Shown here: one piece after another, positions 49,984 to 60,546 of the stretch
Layout: each line of letters begins with the position of its first letter
Numbering within the stretch: the first letter of the stretch is position 1
Origin: an uncultured Planctomycetota bacterium
GTDB taxonomy: Bacteria; Planctomycetota; Planctomycetia; Pirellulales; Lacipirellulaceae
NCBI GenBank assembly: GCA_963719315.1
Contig: CAVRBU010000003.1
Span: 64,001-128,000, forward strand
Reading direction: 5' to 3'
DNA: 64,000 nucleotides
Translations under genes and position numbers: made by a program
The notes under the pieces: model-generated
The model's database searches: none
Told to the model about the DNA's origin: nothing
Seen by the model: the letters and a program-made list of their open reading frames with translations, nothing else

Positions 49984-50178
49984 GACAGTCAAAAGGCGAG
50001 TTACAGCTGGCGTCGGTTGAACCCGTTCCGGCTTCGTCGCCGTCGAAGATAAGTATGATCGAACGTGCCGCGGTAGTCATTCGACGCGTTGAAAACAGCG
50101 GGTGTGGCGGCAATCGCCAGGCCAATTCCTTCGCATCGCTCGTGTGCGCGGTCGAAAGCAGGTCTCAGGGAAACTCCA

Positions 50179-51187
50179 CTATGTAGTGTGCCACGTCACG
50201 AGCACATCCGCAAATCTCGGCTCCGCTAGTCGGATGCAGCCCGCAAGCGGTTCTGGAACTTTGTGAACGGAGCATTGGAGCCCCAGCAATTCTAGTTCCG
50301 CATGAAGCCCATCCTGTAACTTCTTTGAGTTCATCAACACGCCGCCGGCTAGAGCGAGCGGAAATCCGGAATCCGCCACACCGATGGCTTGTGCCGTGCG
50401 CGATGCGAGTTGGGCGAGTTCGGCCGCCGCCTCGGCGAGAATCTGGCAGGCATCCGGGTCACCATCATCGGCGGCCGAGGATACGAGCGTGGCCAGGCCA
50501 GCGATGGCGTGCCGAGGGTCGGCGCTGCCGTAGATATTGCGGGTCAATTCCGTGACGCTTTTCACATCGAGGGTTCTACGGACAACATCAGCAAGCCCTT
50601 GGCCTGGGTTGCCGGTTTCGATGCCCCGCAGCGTATGCTGCAGCGCGGCGCGGCCGATCGAGAAGCCGCTGCCTTCGTCGCCCAACAGGTATCCCCAGCC
50701 GCCACAGCGCTTCGAGCGCCCATCGGCGGCGCAGTCCAAAGGCGGAGGAACCGGTGCCGGAAATCAGGGCCACGCCGCAGCAATCGGGCGCGCCCGCCGC
50801 AAGTATCGGAAGAACGTCGAAAACGATTGCTACCCGCTCGGCGAGACCGATTGAGAGAGCCCAGGCGATGAACCGCTCGGCCATATCGCGGTTGGCGGCG
50901 CCCGCGATCGAAAGTACGGCACGACTTACAATCGCGTCGTCGGCAAGTTTTGCTTGCTGTCGCGCCAATGCGAGTGCGTCGCCGATGGCTTGTGTGGCTT
51001 TGTCGAAACCGACGCTCAGCGGGTTGCCGGCCGAAGTGCGAGCCTGCCCCAGGATCTGATACGAATCGGCGTCGAGCGACTCGACGAGCCAGGCTGCCGA
51101 CTTCGTGCCGCCCGTATCGACGGCCAGGATCAGATCGCGGCGGCGCGATTCAGGACTGTTATTCGCGACATCGCGGGCTGATGCCAT
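50179..51187 (-). CDS. BadF-type N-acetylglucosamine/N-acetylmuramate kinase (MurK-like); frameshift near 50733
   Basis: LAVDTGGTKS, LISGTGS, RCGGWGYLLGDEGSG, LAGGV; directly downstream of murQ. Confidence 0.82.
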
Positions 51188-51194
51188 GGGATAT

Positions 51195-52112
51195 TCAACT
51201 TGCATCCCCATTGTTGACCGAACGGTCTTCGAGCGCTTTGCGCAAATGCCCATGCGACGCCGAGAGTAACTGGCGGGCTTCTGCCGCCGAGACACCTCGG
51301 TCGTGCCGCACGATGGCCGTTTTTACTTCACCGCTGCATTCGGCGAGCAACCGCTCGGAATCAGCCGGCGAAAGCTTCGTGATTTCCCGCACAATGCGGC
51401 GCGCACGATCGGCGAGCTTCGTATTCGTTGCCCGCAGATCGACCATCAGGTTGCGATAGGTTTTGCCGAGGCGAACCATCGCGCCGGTGCTCAGCATGTT
51501 GAGCACCATTTTCGTGGCCGTGCCGGCTTTCAACCGCGTGGAACCGCTCACCACCTCGGGCCCTACGACCACGGCAATACTGATATCGCAACACGACGCG
51601 AGCTTCGAATCGCGGTTGCAACTCACACCAATCGTAAACGTGCCGATGCTCCGAGCGTACTCCAAGCCGCCGAGAACGTAGGGAGTTCGGCCGCTCGTGG
51701 CAATCCCGACCAGCACGTCACCATCGGTGAGTCGGACATTCTTGAGATCGTCTGCCGCCAGTTCCCGCCGATCTTCGGCGCCTTCGACGGCCGTCGTCAG
51801 GGCAGCGTATCCGCCGGCGATGACGCCGACGACTTGCGATGGATGCGTGTTAAACGTGGGCGGGCATTCGACGGCGTCCAGCACGCCGAGCCGGCCGGAA
51901 GTACCGGCGCCGGCATAAATCAATCGACCACCGCGGGCCAAGCGTTCCGCAATGGCATCGATGGCTCGAGCAATCGCCTCGGATTGTTCGGCCACGGCCG
52001 CGGCAACCTTGGCATCTTCGGAATTAATGAGCCGCACGATTTCCAGCGCGGTCAATCCATCCAATTCTTCTGAAGCAGGGTTGCGTGCTTCCGTCGTAAG
52101 ATGATCGAGCAT
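51195..52112 (-). CDS. murQ: N-acetylmuramic acid 6-phosphate etherase
   Basis: [51 protein letters not shown]. Confidence 0.96.
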   Translation of the reverse strand: MLDHLTTEARNPASEELDGLTALEIVRLINSEDAKVAAAVAEQSEAIARAIDAIAERLARGGRLIYAGAGTSGRLGVLDAVECPPTFNTHPSQVVGVIAGGYAALTTAVEGAEDRRELAADDLKNVRLTDGDVLVGIATSGRTPYVLGGLEYARSIGTFTIGVSCNRDSKLASCCDISIAVVVGPEVVSGSTRLKAGTATKMVLNMLSTGAMVRLGKTYRNLMVDLRATNTKLADRARRIVREITKLSPADSERLLAECSGEVKTAIVRHDRGVSAAEARQLLSASHGHLRKALEDRSVNNGDAS

Positions 52113-52208
52113 GAATGACCGGCACCTAGAAAACGAAGAGAAATGCCTAATTGTGTTCCGCTTACCCTTTGCATTTTAGACAGAGATAGCCGACAACAGT
52201 AGACAAGC

Positions 52209-52339
52209 TGCGCAAAATAGATACTGAAGTGCGCGGGCTGGCCTTATTGGCGTCCGCCTGTCCACTTATCGTGAACGAGTCGCCGGAGCATGCTGCGGTA
52301 ATTGCGCGAAAACGGGCGTTTATTTCGCAGAGTCGAGGT
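52209..52339. promoter_or_regulatory. Two candidate tandem AraC/XylR-type operator pairs in the murQ/symporter divergent region
   Basis: TGCGCAAAATAGATAC (52209) with TGCGC 21 bp later; TGCGCGAAAACG (52303) with TTCGCAGAGTCG 21 bp later. Confidence 0.5.
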
Positions 52340-52356
52340 ATTGGTTCCAACTCTCG

Positions 52357-53858
52357 GTGTGGAGTAGTGCGTTGCTGTTGTCGGCCGCTAATTCTGTCGC
52401 CATCGGACCTGTCGATGTTTCTATTGTCGTCCTCTACCTGACAGCAACGACAATTTTCGGGGTTCTTCTCGGACGCGGTCAAAGGAACAGCCGCGACTAT
52501 TTTTTGGGCGGGCATCGGCTGCCGACGTGGGCGCTCTTGGTTTCGATCGTGGCTGCCGAAACCAGCACGGTGACGTTTCTGAGCGTGCCAGGTAAGTCGT
52601 TTGTCGAGGGGGGCACGTTCACGTTTCTGCAAATCGCTTTCGGCTATATCGTCGGGCGATTTGCGGTGATTGCATTTCTATTGCCGGGCTATTTTCGCGG
52701 CGAAATGCTCTCGGCATACCAAGTCATGGAGCAGCGTTTCGGAGTGACGACGAGGCGATTGGCGTCGCTGGTGTTTCTCGCCACTCGAAATGTCGCCGAC
52801 GGGCTGCGGTTGTTTCTCACCGCGATCGCGCTGAATATCGCGCTGGGACTGCCGATGCTGACATGCATTCTGATAACGACGATCGCCACGGCAATTTATG
52901 CCTGCGCCGGGGGCGTGAGATCGGTCGTCTGGAATGACTGCATTCAGTTCGCCGTGTACATGCTCGGGGCTTTCGCGGCAGCGGGCCTATTGCTGTCGCA
53001 AATACCGGGCGGTTGGCAGCAACTTGTAGAGTTCGGCGAATCGACCGGCCGCTGGCAGTTGTTCGATTTCAAACCGCTGTTGAACAATCCGACGATGACG
53101 TTTTGGTCGGGGCTGATCGGCGGCGGGTTCTTGTCGCTGGCGTCGCACGGCGTCGATCAATTAATTGTGCAGCGTTATTTGTGTGCCAAAAGCCGTTCGG
53201 CCGCAAGTTGGGCATTGGACTGAGCGGATTCGTGGTATTGGCACAGTTCGCGCTGTTTCTGTTCATCGGCGTCGAACTCGCGTGTTTCGATTCGGCGACC
53301 GGTGGCATCGGCGCCACTACGACGGGCGACCAGGCGCTGATGACGTATGTGGTCCACCACATGGGAGTGGGGTTGAAGGGCCTGATCTTGGCCGCAGTCT
53401 TATCGGCGGCGATGTCGACCGTGGCTAGTTCGTTGAACGCTTCGGCCAGCTCACTGCTAAGCGATTGGATCGCGCCACTCGTGCCGACGCTCGACGATCG
53501 AAAATCGCTGCGGATTTCTCGCTGGTTAACGTTGGGATTTGCCGCCGTGCAATGCGGCGTGGCGATTGGCGCCCAATTGCTAGTGACAGAGATCGCAATT
53601 GTGGACGCGGTACTCTCTGTCGCGGGGTTTGCCATTGGGCTGTTGTTGGGCTTATACGGTCTCGGACTAATTCGGCCGCAAACTTCTCAGCGGGTAGCGC
53701 TTACGGCGTTTGTCGTAGGCGCGGCCGTTACTTCATGGACTTTCACAACGTCACTAAATAGCTATTGGTATACTTTGGTAGGGAGCAGCACGATTGTCGT
53801 CGTTGGGGTAGTGCTTAGTTTACTGTTCGATCGCGATGGAGCATCCGGGAAATCTTGA
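52357..53858 (+). CDS. Sodium:solute symporter; 1-nt frameshift near 53218
   Basis: DYFLGG, SIVAAETSTVTF, GGVRSVVWND, GVDQLIVQRYL, SAAMST. Confidence 0.88.
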
Positions 53859-53870
53859 TGGGGTTCTGAT

Positions 53871-56251
53871 GTGAAGCATTTATTACTAACTTTTGTCGTA
53901 GTTATTTGTCAGCTCGAAGTCGGCCGCTTGGCTCCGGCAGCGCCGCCAGCGCGGATTTCGTGGGCGGCAGCCAAGATGGATGCGTCGCTGGAAGGGCGTA
54001 TTGATCGTGCGGTCAATCGTTCGATAGACGATGGGCAGATGTCCGGCTGCGTGGTGCTGATCGGCCGGCGGGCCGGCATCGTGTTCGAGAAGGCCTACGG
54101 CAACCGTAGCGTCGAGCCGCAAAAGGAGCCGATGACGACCGATACAGTGTTCGACCTGGCTTCGCTCACCAAACCGTTGGCGACGGCGACTAGCGTGATG
54201 ATCCTCGTCGAACGCGGCCAACTTCGGTTACAGGACAAGGTTGCGAAGTTCTTCCCCGATTTTGCGGTCAAAGGGAAGCAGGATGTGACGGTCGAGCAAC
54301 TGCTCGTCCACTCTTCGGGCCTGCTACCCGACAACCCGCTTTCCGATTATTCCGAAGGCTGGAAATCGGCACTGCCCAAGATTTGCAACCTGGAACTGCT
54401 TACTGAGCCGGGCACAAGTTCAAATACTCCGATGTGAATTTCATTCTGTTGGGCAAGATTATTGAGGCCGTCGCCGGCGAGCCAGAAAGCGCATTCACGA
54501 AGCGCGAGATCTACGACAAGCTCGGCATGCAGGACACAGGTTACTTGCCTTCCGACACGTTAAAAGCACGGGCCGAGACGACCGAGCAGCGCGACAACAA
54601 GTGGCTCAAAGGGGAAGTGCACGACCCGCGGTCGGCGAAAATGGGCGGCGTCGCCGGGCACGCCGGGCTGTTCAGCACGGCCCAGGACATGGCGATTTAC
54701 GCTACGATGATGCTACAAAACGGCCGTTACGGCGACGTGCGGATTTTGAGCCCAGCGGCGGCGGAAGAAATGACCCGGGCCCGCGACATCAATGGCCATC
54801 GCCGCGCGCTCGGCTGGGACAAGCAAAGCGCCTATTCGAAAAACCGCGGCGAATTGATGAGCGACAAAGCGTTCGGCCACGGCGGATTTACCGGCACGTC
54901 GATGTGGATCGACCCAGAGCTCGATCTATACGTAATTTTTCTAGGCGATCGGCTACACCCCGACGGCGTGGGAGAGGTCAACGATCTGGCCGGGCGCATC
55001 GGCACGATGGCCTGCGCGGCGACAAGGCTGGCGCCTCAGTCGCGCACCGAACCGAGTCGTCCGCTCGTCTCCTACACAGCCAGTTCGAGTACTCAAAAAC
55101 CGAGCTCCGGACAACGCGAGCCCGTGCGATTGGGGATTGATGTGCTCGAAGATGACGACTTCAAGTTGCTCGAAGGGAAGCGAGTCGGCTTGATCACGAA
55201 CCAAACGGGCGTTGATTCGAAGTACGTCACGACCATTGAGCAACTCCACAACGCAAAGAATGTAAAGTTGGTAGCACTTTTCAGTCCCGAACATGGCATT
55301 CGGGGGGCGCTGGATCAATCGAAAATCGCCGACACGATCGATGAGCAAACCGGCGTTCCGGTGTACAGCCTGTATGGCGAAAGTCGCAAGCCGTCTGACG
55401 AACAGCTATCCAAGATCGACGCGCTGGTGTTCGATATTCAGGATGTCGGTGCGCGGTTTTATACGTATCCTTCAACGATGTGCTTGGCGCTGGAGGCGGC
55501 CGCCAAGGCCGGTAAAGAGTTCATCGTGCTCGATCGACCGAACCCGATCGATGGCGTAACGATCGAAGGGCCGTTACTCGATAAGGGCCGAGAATCGTTC
55601 GTCGGACTGCAGCGATTGCCGATACGGCATGGTCTCACGGTCGGCGAAATCGCCACGATGTACGCCAAGGAGCATGGACTCGATAAACACCTGACTGTTG
55701 TGAGGATGGATGGTTGGCGGCGCGGCATGTACTTGTTCGACACCGGCCTGTTCTGGCTCAACCCGTCGCCGAACATGCGGTCGCTCGAGGCCGCCCTGCT
55801 CTACCCCGGCATTGGTATGCTGGAATTCACGAACATCTCGGTCGGCCGAGGCACGGAGACTCCGTTCGAGGTGCTAGGCGCGCCGTGGATCGATGAGCAC
55901 AAGCTGGCTGAGATGGTGAACGCCGCGAATCCGCCGGGCGTTTGCGTGGTGCCGCTGCGGTTCACGCCGACAGCGAGCAAATTTGCGAAGGAAGAATGCC
56001 ATGGCATCCATTTTATCATCACCGATTGGGACAGATTCCGCTCATTCGACCTCGGGCTGGCCGTGGCGCATGCACTGGTCAAACTACCGGGCAGCAAATG
56101 GGAACCGGAGCGCTGGAAAACGCTGTTGGGAAATGAAGACGTTTACCGTCGCATCGTTGCCGGCGAAGCGCTGGGGCCGATATTGAAAACGATTGAGGTG
56201 GATTTGGCGGCGTATCGGGAACGGATGAGAGCGATCGAACTCTATCCATGA
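53871..56251 (+). CDS. Serine hydrolase (beta-lactamase fold) fused to DUF1343/NamZ exo-beta-N-acetylmuramidase; 1-nt frameshift near 54418
   Basis: FDLASLTK (SxxK), KYSDVNF, GHAGLFS, HGGFTG; then GLITNQTG, FSPEHG, FDIQDVGARFYTY, LDRPNP, PSPNM, SVGRGT. Confidence 0.88.
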
Positions 56252-56308
56252 CGCACAGTCGATATCCTCACGAAAAGGCGCAATGGCGCGAAGCATGGGC
56301 TTAGTTCA

Positions 56309-58015
56309 ATGGTTTCCAAGCGTTACTATATGTTGCTGGTTGGCGCGTTAAGCGCGATCGCGTTGAATATGGTCGCGTTGGAATCGCTCGCTCATACGGC
56401 CACGGCAGAACACAACATGATTGCGACCGTTCATCCGATTGCTACGGATGCAGGCGTTGATGTTTTTCGTGCGGGCGGCAATGCCGTTGATGCGGCAGTG
56501 ACGGCTGCGCTTACGCTGGGCGTTGTCGATGGCGAGAATTCGGGCGTGGGTGGCGGGTGTTTGATTCTCATTCGCTCGGCGGATGGAAAATTTACCGCAA
56601 TCGATGGCCGGGAGACTGCCCCGGCGGCGGCTAACCGCGACATGTTCGTTCGCGATGGCAAGCCGCTGCCGACGGCCAGTCAAACCGGCCCGCTGGCTTC
56701 GGGGGTGCCAGGGGCGCTGGCGGCTTACAAGATCGCGCTAGAACGGTGCGGGACGATCAAGCTCTCGCGGGCGCTGGCGCCCGGCATTTCGGCGGCCGCC
56801 GACGGATTCGTGGTCAGCCCGTCGTACGCAACGGCGGTTCGCGGCGTCGAAAAGCATCTTCACGAATTCGAGGGCTCGCGGGCCGTGTTTTTTCACGCCA
56901 ATGGCAAGCCGATTGCCGCCGGCGAGCGGCTCGTACAAGCCGATTTAGCCAACACGTATCGCCAAGTGGCCGAACATGGAACCGACTGGTTCTATCGCGG
57001 CGAACTGGCGAACCTGGTCGGCGACTGGATGAAGGCCCACGGCGGCATCCTCACCGCCGCCGATTTTTCCGCCTACGAGGCCAAAGTACGCGAGCCGCTC
57101 CATTCGACGTACCGCGGATACGAGATCATTGGCTTTCCGCCGCCGAGCTCCGGCGGGATCCACGTTGCGCAAGTGCTCAACATTTTGGAAAACTTCGACA
57201 TGCGGGCGATGGCGAAGAACGATCCGCTCGCCGCGACGCACGTCACCGCCGAGGCATTCAAGCTCGCATTCGCCGACCGGGCATATTGGCTGGGGGACGC
57301 CGATTTCGTGAGCGTGCCGCGCGGGCTCATCGACAAGGGGTACGCCAAAGAACTCGCCGGAAAGATCAATCCGAATCGGGCGATCGATGTGGCGAAGCAT
57401 GGCTCGCCGCCGAATTTCGCGCAGGATGTGTTTGGTCGGCATACGACGCACATCGCCGCTGCGGATGCGGCCGGCAACTGGGTGGCCATCACGGCGACCG
57501 TCAACACGACCTTCGGATCGAAGGTGATCGTGCCAGGGACGGGCGTAGTGCTCAACGACGAGATGGATGACTTCTCGATTTTCCCCGGCATGCCTAATGC
57601 GTTCGGCCTCGTGGGCGCGGAGAATAACAGCGTCGGTCCCGGCAAGCGGCCGCTGTCGAGCATGAGCCCGACGATCGTGCTCGACTCGCATGGAAAACCT
57701 GTGCTCACCGTGGGCGCCGCAGGTGGGCCAAAAATCATCACTCAAGCCCTACTCACAATCCTGCGCGTACTCGATTACCAACAGACTCTGCCACAGGCCG
57801 TCGAGGGCCGCCGCTTCCACCATCAATGGCGGCCGAATTGCGTGTCGTACGAAAAGGGACTCGAAAGCAAAGTCGTCGAGGGCTTACGCGAGCTCGGCCA
57901 TAACGTGGAAGAACTCGAGAGCGCGGGACGAACACAGGCAATCGCCGTCGACGCAAACGGCAGACTGGTAGGCGTCGCCGATCCGCGCACGGCTGGCAAG
58001 GCGGCCGGCAATTGA
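56309..58015 (+). CDS. ggt: Gamma-glutamyltransferase
   Basis: GGNAVDAAV, IDGRETAP, PPSSGG, HTTH (nucleophile Thr), LNDEMDDF, RPLSSMSP, GAAGG. Confidence 0.94.
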   Translation: MVSKRYYMLLVGALSAIALNMVALESLAHTATAEHNMIATVHPIATDAGVDVFRAGGNAVDAAVTAALTLGVVDGENSGVGGGCLILIRSADGKFTAIDGRETAPAAANRDMFVRDGKPLPTASQTGPLASGVPGALAAYKIALERCGTIKLSRALAPGISAAADGFVVSPSYATAVRGVEKHLHEFEGSRAVFFHANGKPIAAGERLVQADLANTYRQVAEHGTDWFYRGELANLVGDWMKAHGGILTAADFSAYEAKVREPLHSTYRGYEIIGFPPPSSGGIHVAQVLNILENFDMRAMAKNDPLAATHVTAEAFKLAFADRAYWLGDADFVSVPRGLIDKGYAKELAGKINPNRAIDVAKHGSPPNFAQDVFGRHTTHIAAADAAGNWVAITATVNTTFGSKVIVPGTGVVLNDEMDDFSIFPGMPNAFGLVGAENNSVGPGKRPLSSMSPTIVLDSHGKPVLTVGAAGGPKIITQALLTILRVLDYQQTLPQAVEGRRFHHQWRPNCVSYEKGLESKVVEGLRELGHNVEELESAGRTQAIAVDANGRLVGVADPRTAGKAAGN

Positions 58016-58046
58016 ACGATGAGTTGCAGTAGGTACTGTGTGGATT

Positions 58047-58072
58047 CTTCGTGTCCTTCGTGCCGTCGTGGT
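58047..58072. repeat. Single-arm 9-mer-periodic array between ggt and the amidase gene
   Basis: CTTCGTGTCCTTCGTGCCGTCGTGGT. Confidence 0.55.
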
Positions 58073-58108
58073 AGTTATTCTTCGCATCGAAACTTCTGAG
58101 AGTGCTCC

Positions 58109-60541
58109 ATGAGTTGGGCGAACTGGCAGACGTGGTTGATCCTGATGCACTTGTGGGTTTCTGTGCCGCTGTCGTCGGCGGCGACGGTGAGCGCGACTCA
58201 GCCGAAGGCTGCTGGATTGGTACCGGTTGGTACGCAATCGAAAGGCGGGCTTTCTGGGAAGATCGTGTTCACACACGCCGGGCATGGCTACACGGCCGAC
58301 AACAAAGGCAACGGCCAGTGGAGCTTTCAGCGTGGTGAAGGTTATGAAATGATCGAGGACCTGGGCAACTACGATCAGATGGCGTTTTTGGTCGACTACC
58401 TGTTTCGCGCGGGTGCCACCGTGGCGCCGCTCAGGCCCGTCGGCCACCAGACAAACGAAGTCGTGCTGGACAACGACGATTCCAGCGTAACGTTCGTTGG
58501 CGATTGGGCGAACGGCAAGGGACGTGTCTATTTCGGCAAGCCAGGCAGCGTGCCGTATCGCGAGACTCACACATCGACGATGGAAACGGCGTACGCCCGG
58601 TATCGGCCCAAGATTCCGGAAGCGGGATTCTATCCGGTGTACGCCTGGACGAGCTCCGGCGGCGACCGGGCGACAGACCAACTCTACCGCGTACGTCACC
58701 CAGGCGGGATCACCGAAGTGACCGTCAATCATCGCCGCGTCGGAAATGGATTGGTGTACCTCGGTACGTATTACTTCGACGCCGGAACCGATGGCTACGT
58801 GGATATCAGCAACCGCTCGAATACACCGGGGAGCATGGTTGTTGCCGACATGATTCGATTCGGCAACGGCCTGGGCGACATCGATCGCGGCGGCGGCGTT
58901 TCCGGCCGATCGCGCGAGGACGAAGCCGGACTGTACTGGGTGAAGTGGCACGTCGATCGCGCACAGGGCATCCCGGAGAGCGAGTATCGAGCGACCGATG
59001 TCGATCGCCAGGCGACGATTTCCCATTCACCGAGATATGCGAAGTTTATGAATCGCGAAAGCGATGGCCGGCTCAAAGACAGTGTGTTCGTCAGCTTTCA
59101 TTCGAATTCCGCAGGCGGGAAGGCGCGCGGCGTGCTGGGACTCTTCAACGGCAACAACGATCCAACGACCGCCACGCCGAACCAAAGACTTCTAGCGAAG
59201 TCGCTCGGCCAAATGGTGAATGACGACCTGGTCGCGCAAGCCGGCCAATACGAACACGATTGGCACGATCGCGGCGACAACACGACGCTGGACCGAGACG
59301 ACATCGACTTCGGCGAGATCAATAACCGTTACATCAATGACGAGTTCGATGCCACGATCGTCGAGGTGGCTTTCCACGATAACAAAGAGGACGCTGAGCT
59401 AATGCGTGACCCGCGGGTTCGCGACGCGGTCGCACGGGCAACGTATCAAGGACTGCTAAGATACTTCCGTGCTGTCGATAACAACGAAACGCCGGCAACC
59501 CGGCTGCCGGCCGCGGTGACGGGCGTTCACGTCGAATCGAACGACGCAGGGAGCGCGACGATTTCATGGCTTCCGTCAGCCGTTAATTCGTACCTGGGCG
59601 ACGCGGCGACCGGTTACCGCGTTTACGCATCGACAAACGGCTACGGCTTCGACGGCGGAACGCCGGTGTCCGGCGGCGATACAACGTCCACCACGCACAA
59701 GGGTCTCGACCCGACGACGCCATACTACTTCGAAGTTGTGGCGGTCAACGAAGGAGGCGAGTCGCCGGCCTCGGAAGTCGTCGCAGTCCGCCCGAGCGGC
59801 GGGCCAAAGAAAGTTCTCATTGTGAACGGGTTCGATCGACTGGATCGCACGATGGACCCGAAAGAGCCGTTCGGTCGCGCCGGCAATTCGGTCGATCGCG
59901 TACGGCCGCGGCTGAGCAACTCGCGCGATTATGTTGTACAAGTCGCCACAGCGATTGAAGCGGCGGCGCCGGGAACTCACTTCGAGAGCACGAGTAACGA
60001 AGCCGTAATTAGCGGCGCGGTTGATCTCACGAAATACCATACTGTCGTTTGGGTGCTGGGCGAAGAATCGACCAAGGACCACACGTTCGACGAGACCGAA
60101 CAAACGAAGGTCGAACAGTTCATCGCGGGCGGCGGGAACCTGTTCGTCTCGGGCAAGGAGATTGGTTGGGACCTCGACCACGAAGACCACGGTCGTTCGT
60201 TTTGCAAGAACACGCTGAATGTCGAATTCGTGGCCGACGATGCCTACACCTACGAAGTGACGGCAGCCGCCGGCGGAATTTTTGCCGGCCTGTCAAATTT
60301 CGCGTTCGACAACGGCACCCTGTTTTACGACGCCGATAATCCGGATGTAATTAACGCGGAACCAAGAGCAGTTGTCGCCTTGAACTACGCCAATTCGGCG
60401 GGCGCGGCAGGCATCCAAGTGGCCGGAACTGGCGGCCGTGGAAGCGTGGTGCTCCTGAACTTTCCATTTGAAACGATTACCGCCGCTGCCGATCGAGCCG
60501 AAGTGATGCAGCGCGTGCTCGATTTCTTTCAGGCCAAGTGA
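58109..60541 (+). CDS. Secreted N-acetylmuramoyl-L-alanine amidase-like protein with inserted beta-sandwich (golvesin-like) domain, FN3 and C-terminal domain
   Basis: IVFTHAGHG, MIEDL, FVSFHSN, IVEVAFHDNKED zinc-amidase motifs; VVADMIRF; FN3 GLDPTTPYYFEVVAVNEGGES. Confidence 0.72.
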   Translation: MSWANWQTWLILMHLWVSVPLSSAATVSATQPKAAGLVPVGTQSKGGLSGKIVFTHAGHGYTADNKGNGQWSFQRGEGYEMIEDLGNYDQMAFLVDYLFRAGATVAPLRPVGHQTNEVVLDNDDSSVTFVGDWANGKGRVYFGKPGSVPYRETHTSTMETAYARYRPKIPEAGFYPVYAWTSSGGDRATDQLYRVRHPGGITEVTVNHRRVGNGLVYLGTYYFDAGTDGYVDISNRSNTPGSMVVADMIRFGNGLGDIDRGGGVSGRSREDEAGLYWVKWHVDRAQGIPESEYRATDVDRQATISHSPRYAKFMNRESDGRLKDSVFVSFHSNSAGGKARGVLGLFNGNNDPTTATPNQRLLAKSLGQMVNDDLVAQAGQYEHDWHDRGDNTTLDRDDIDFGEINNRYINDEFDATIVEVAFHDNKEDAELMRDPRVRDAVARATYQGLLRYFRAVDNNETPATRLPAAVTGVHVESNDAGSATISWLPSAVNSYLGDAATGYRVYASTNGYGFDGGTPVSGGDTTSTTHKGLDPTTPYYFEVVAVNEGGESPASEVVAVRPSGGPKKVLIVNGFDRLDRTMDPKEPFGRAGNSVDRVRPRLSNSRDYVVQVATAIEAAAPGTHFESTSNEAVISGAVDLTKYHTVVWVLGEESTKDHTFDETEQTKVEQFIAGGGNLFVSGKEIGWDLDHEDHGRSFCKNTLNVEFVADDAYTYEVTAAAGGIFAGLSNFAFDNGTLFYDADNPDVINAEPRAVVALNYANSAGAAGIQVAGTGGRGSVVLLNFPFETITAAADRAEVMQRVLDFFQAK

Positions 60542-60546
60542 CTCCA

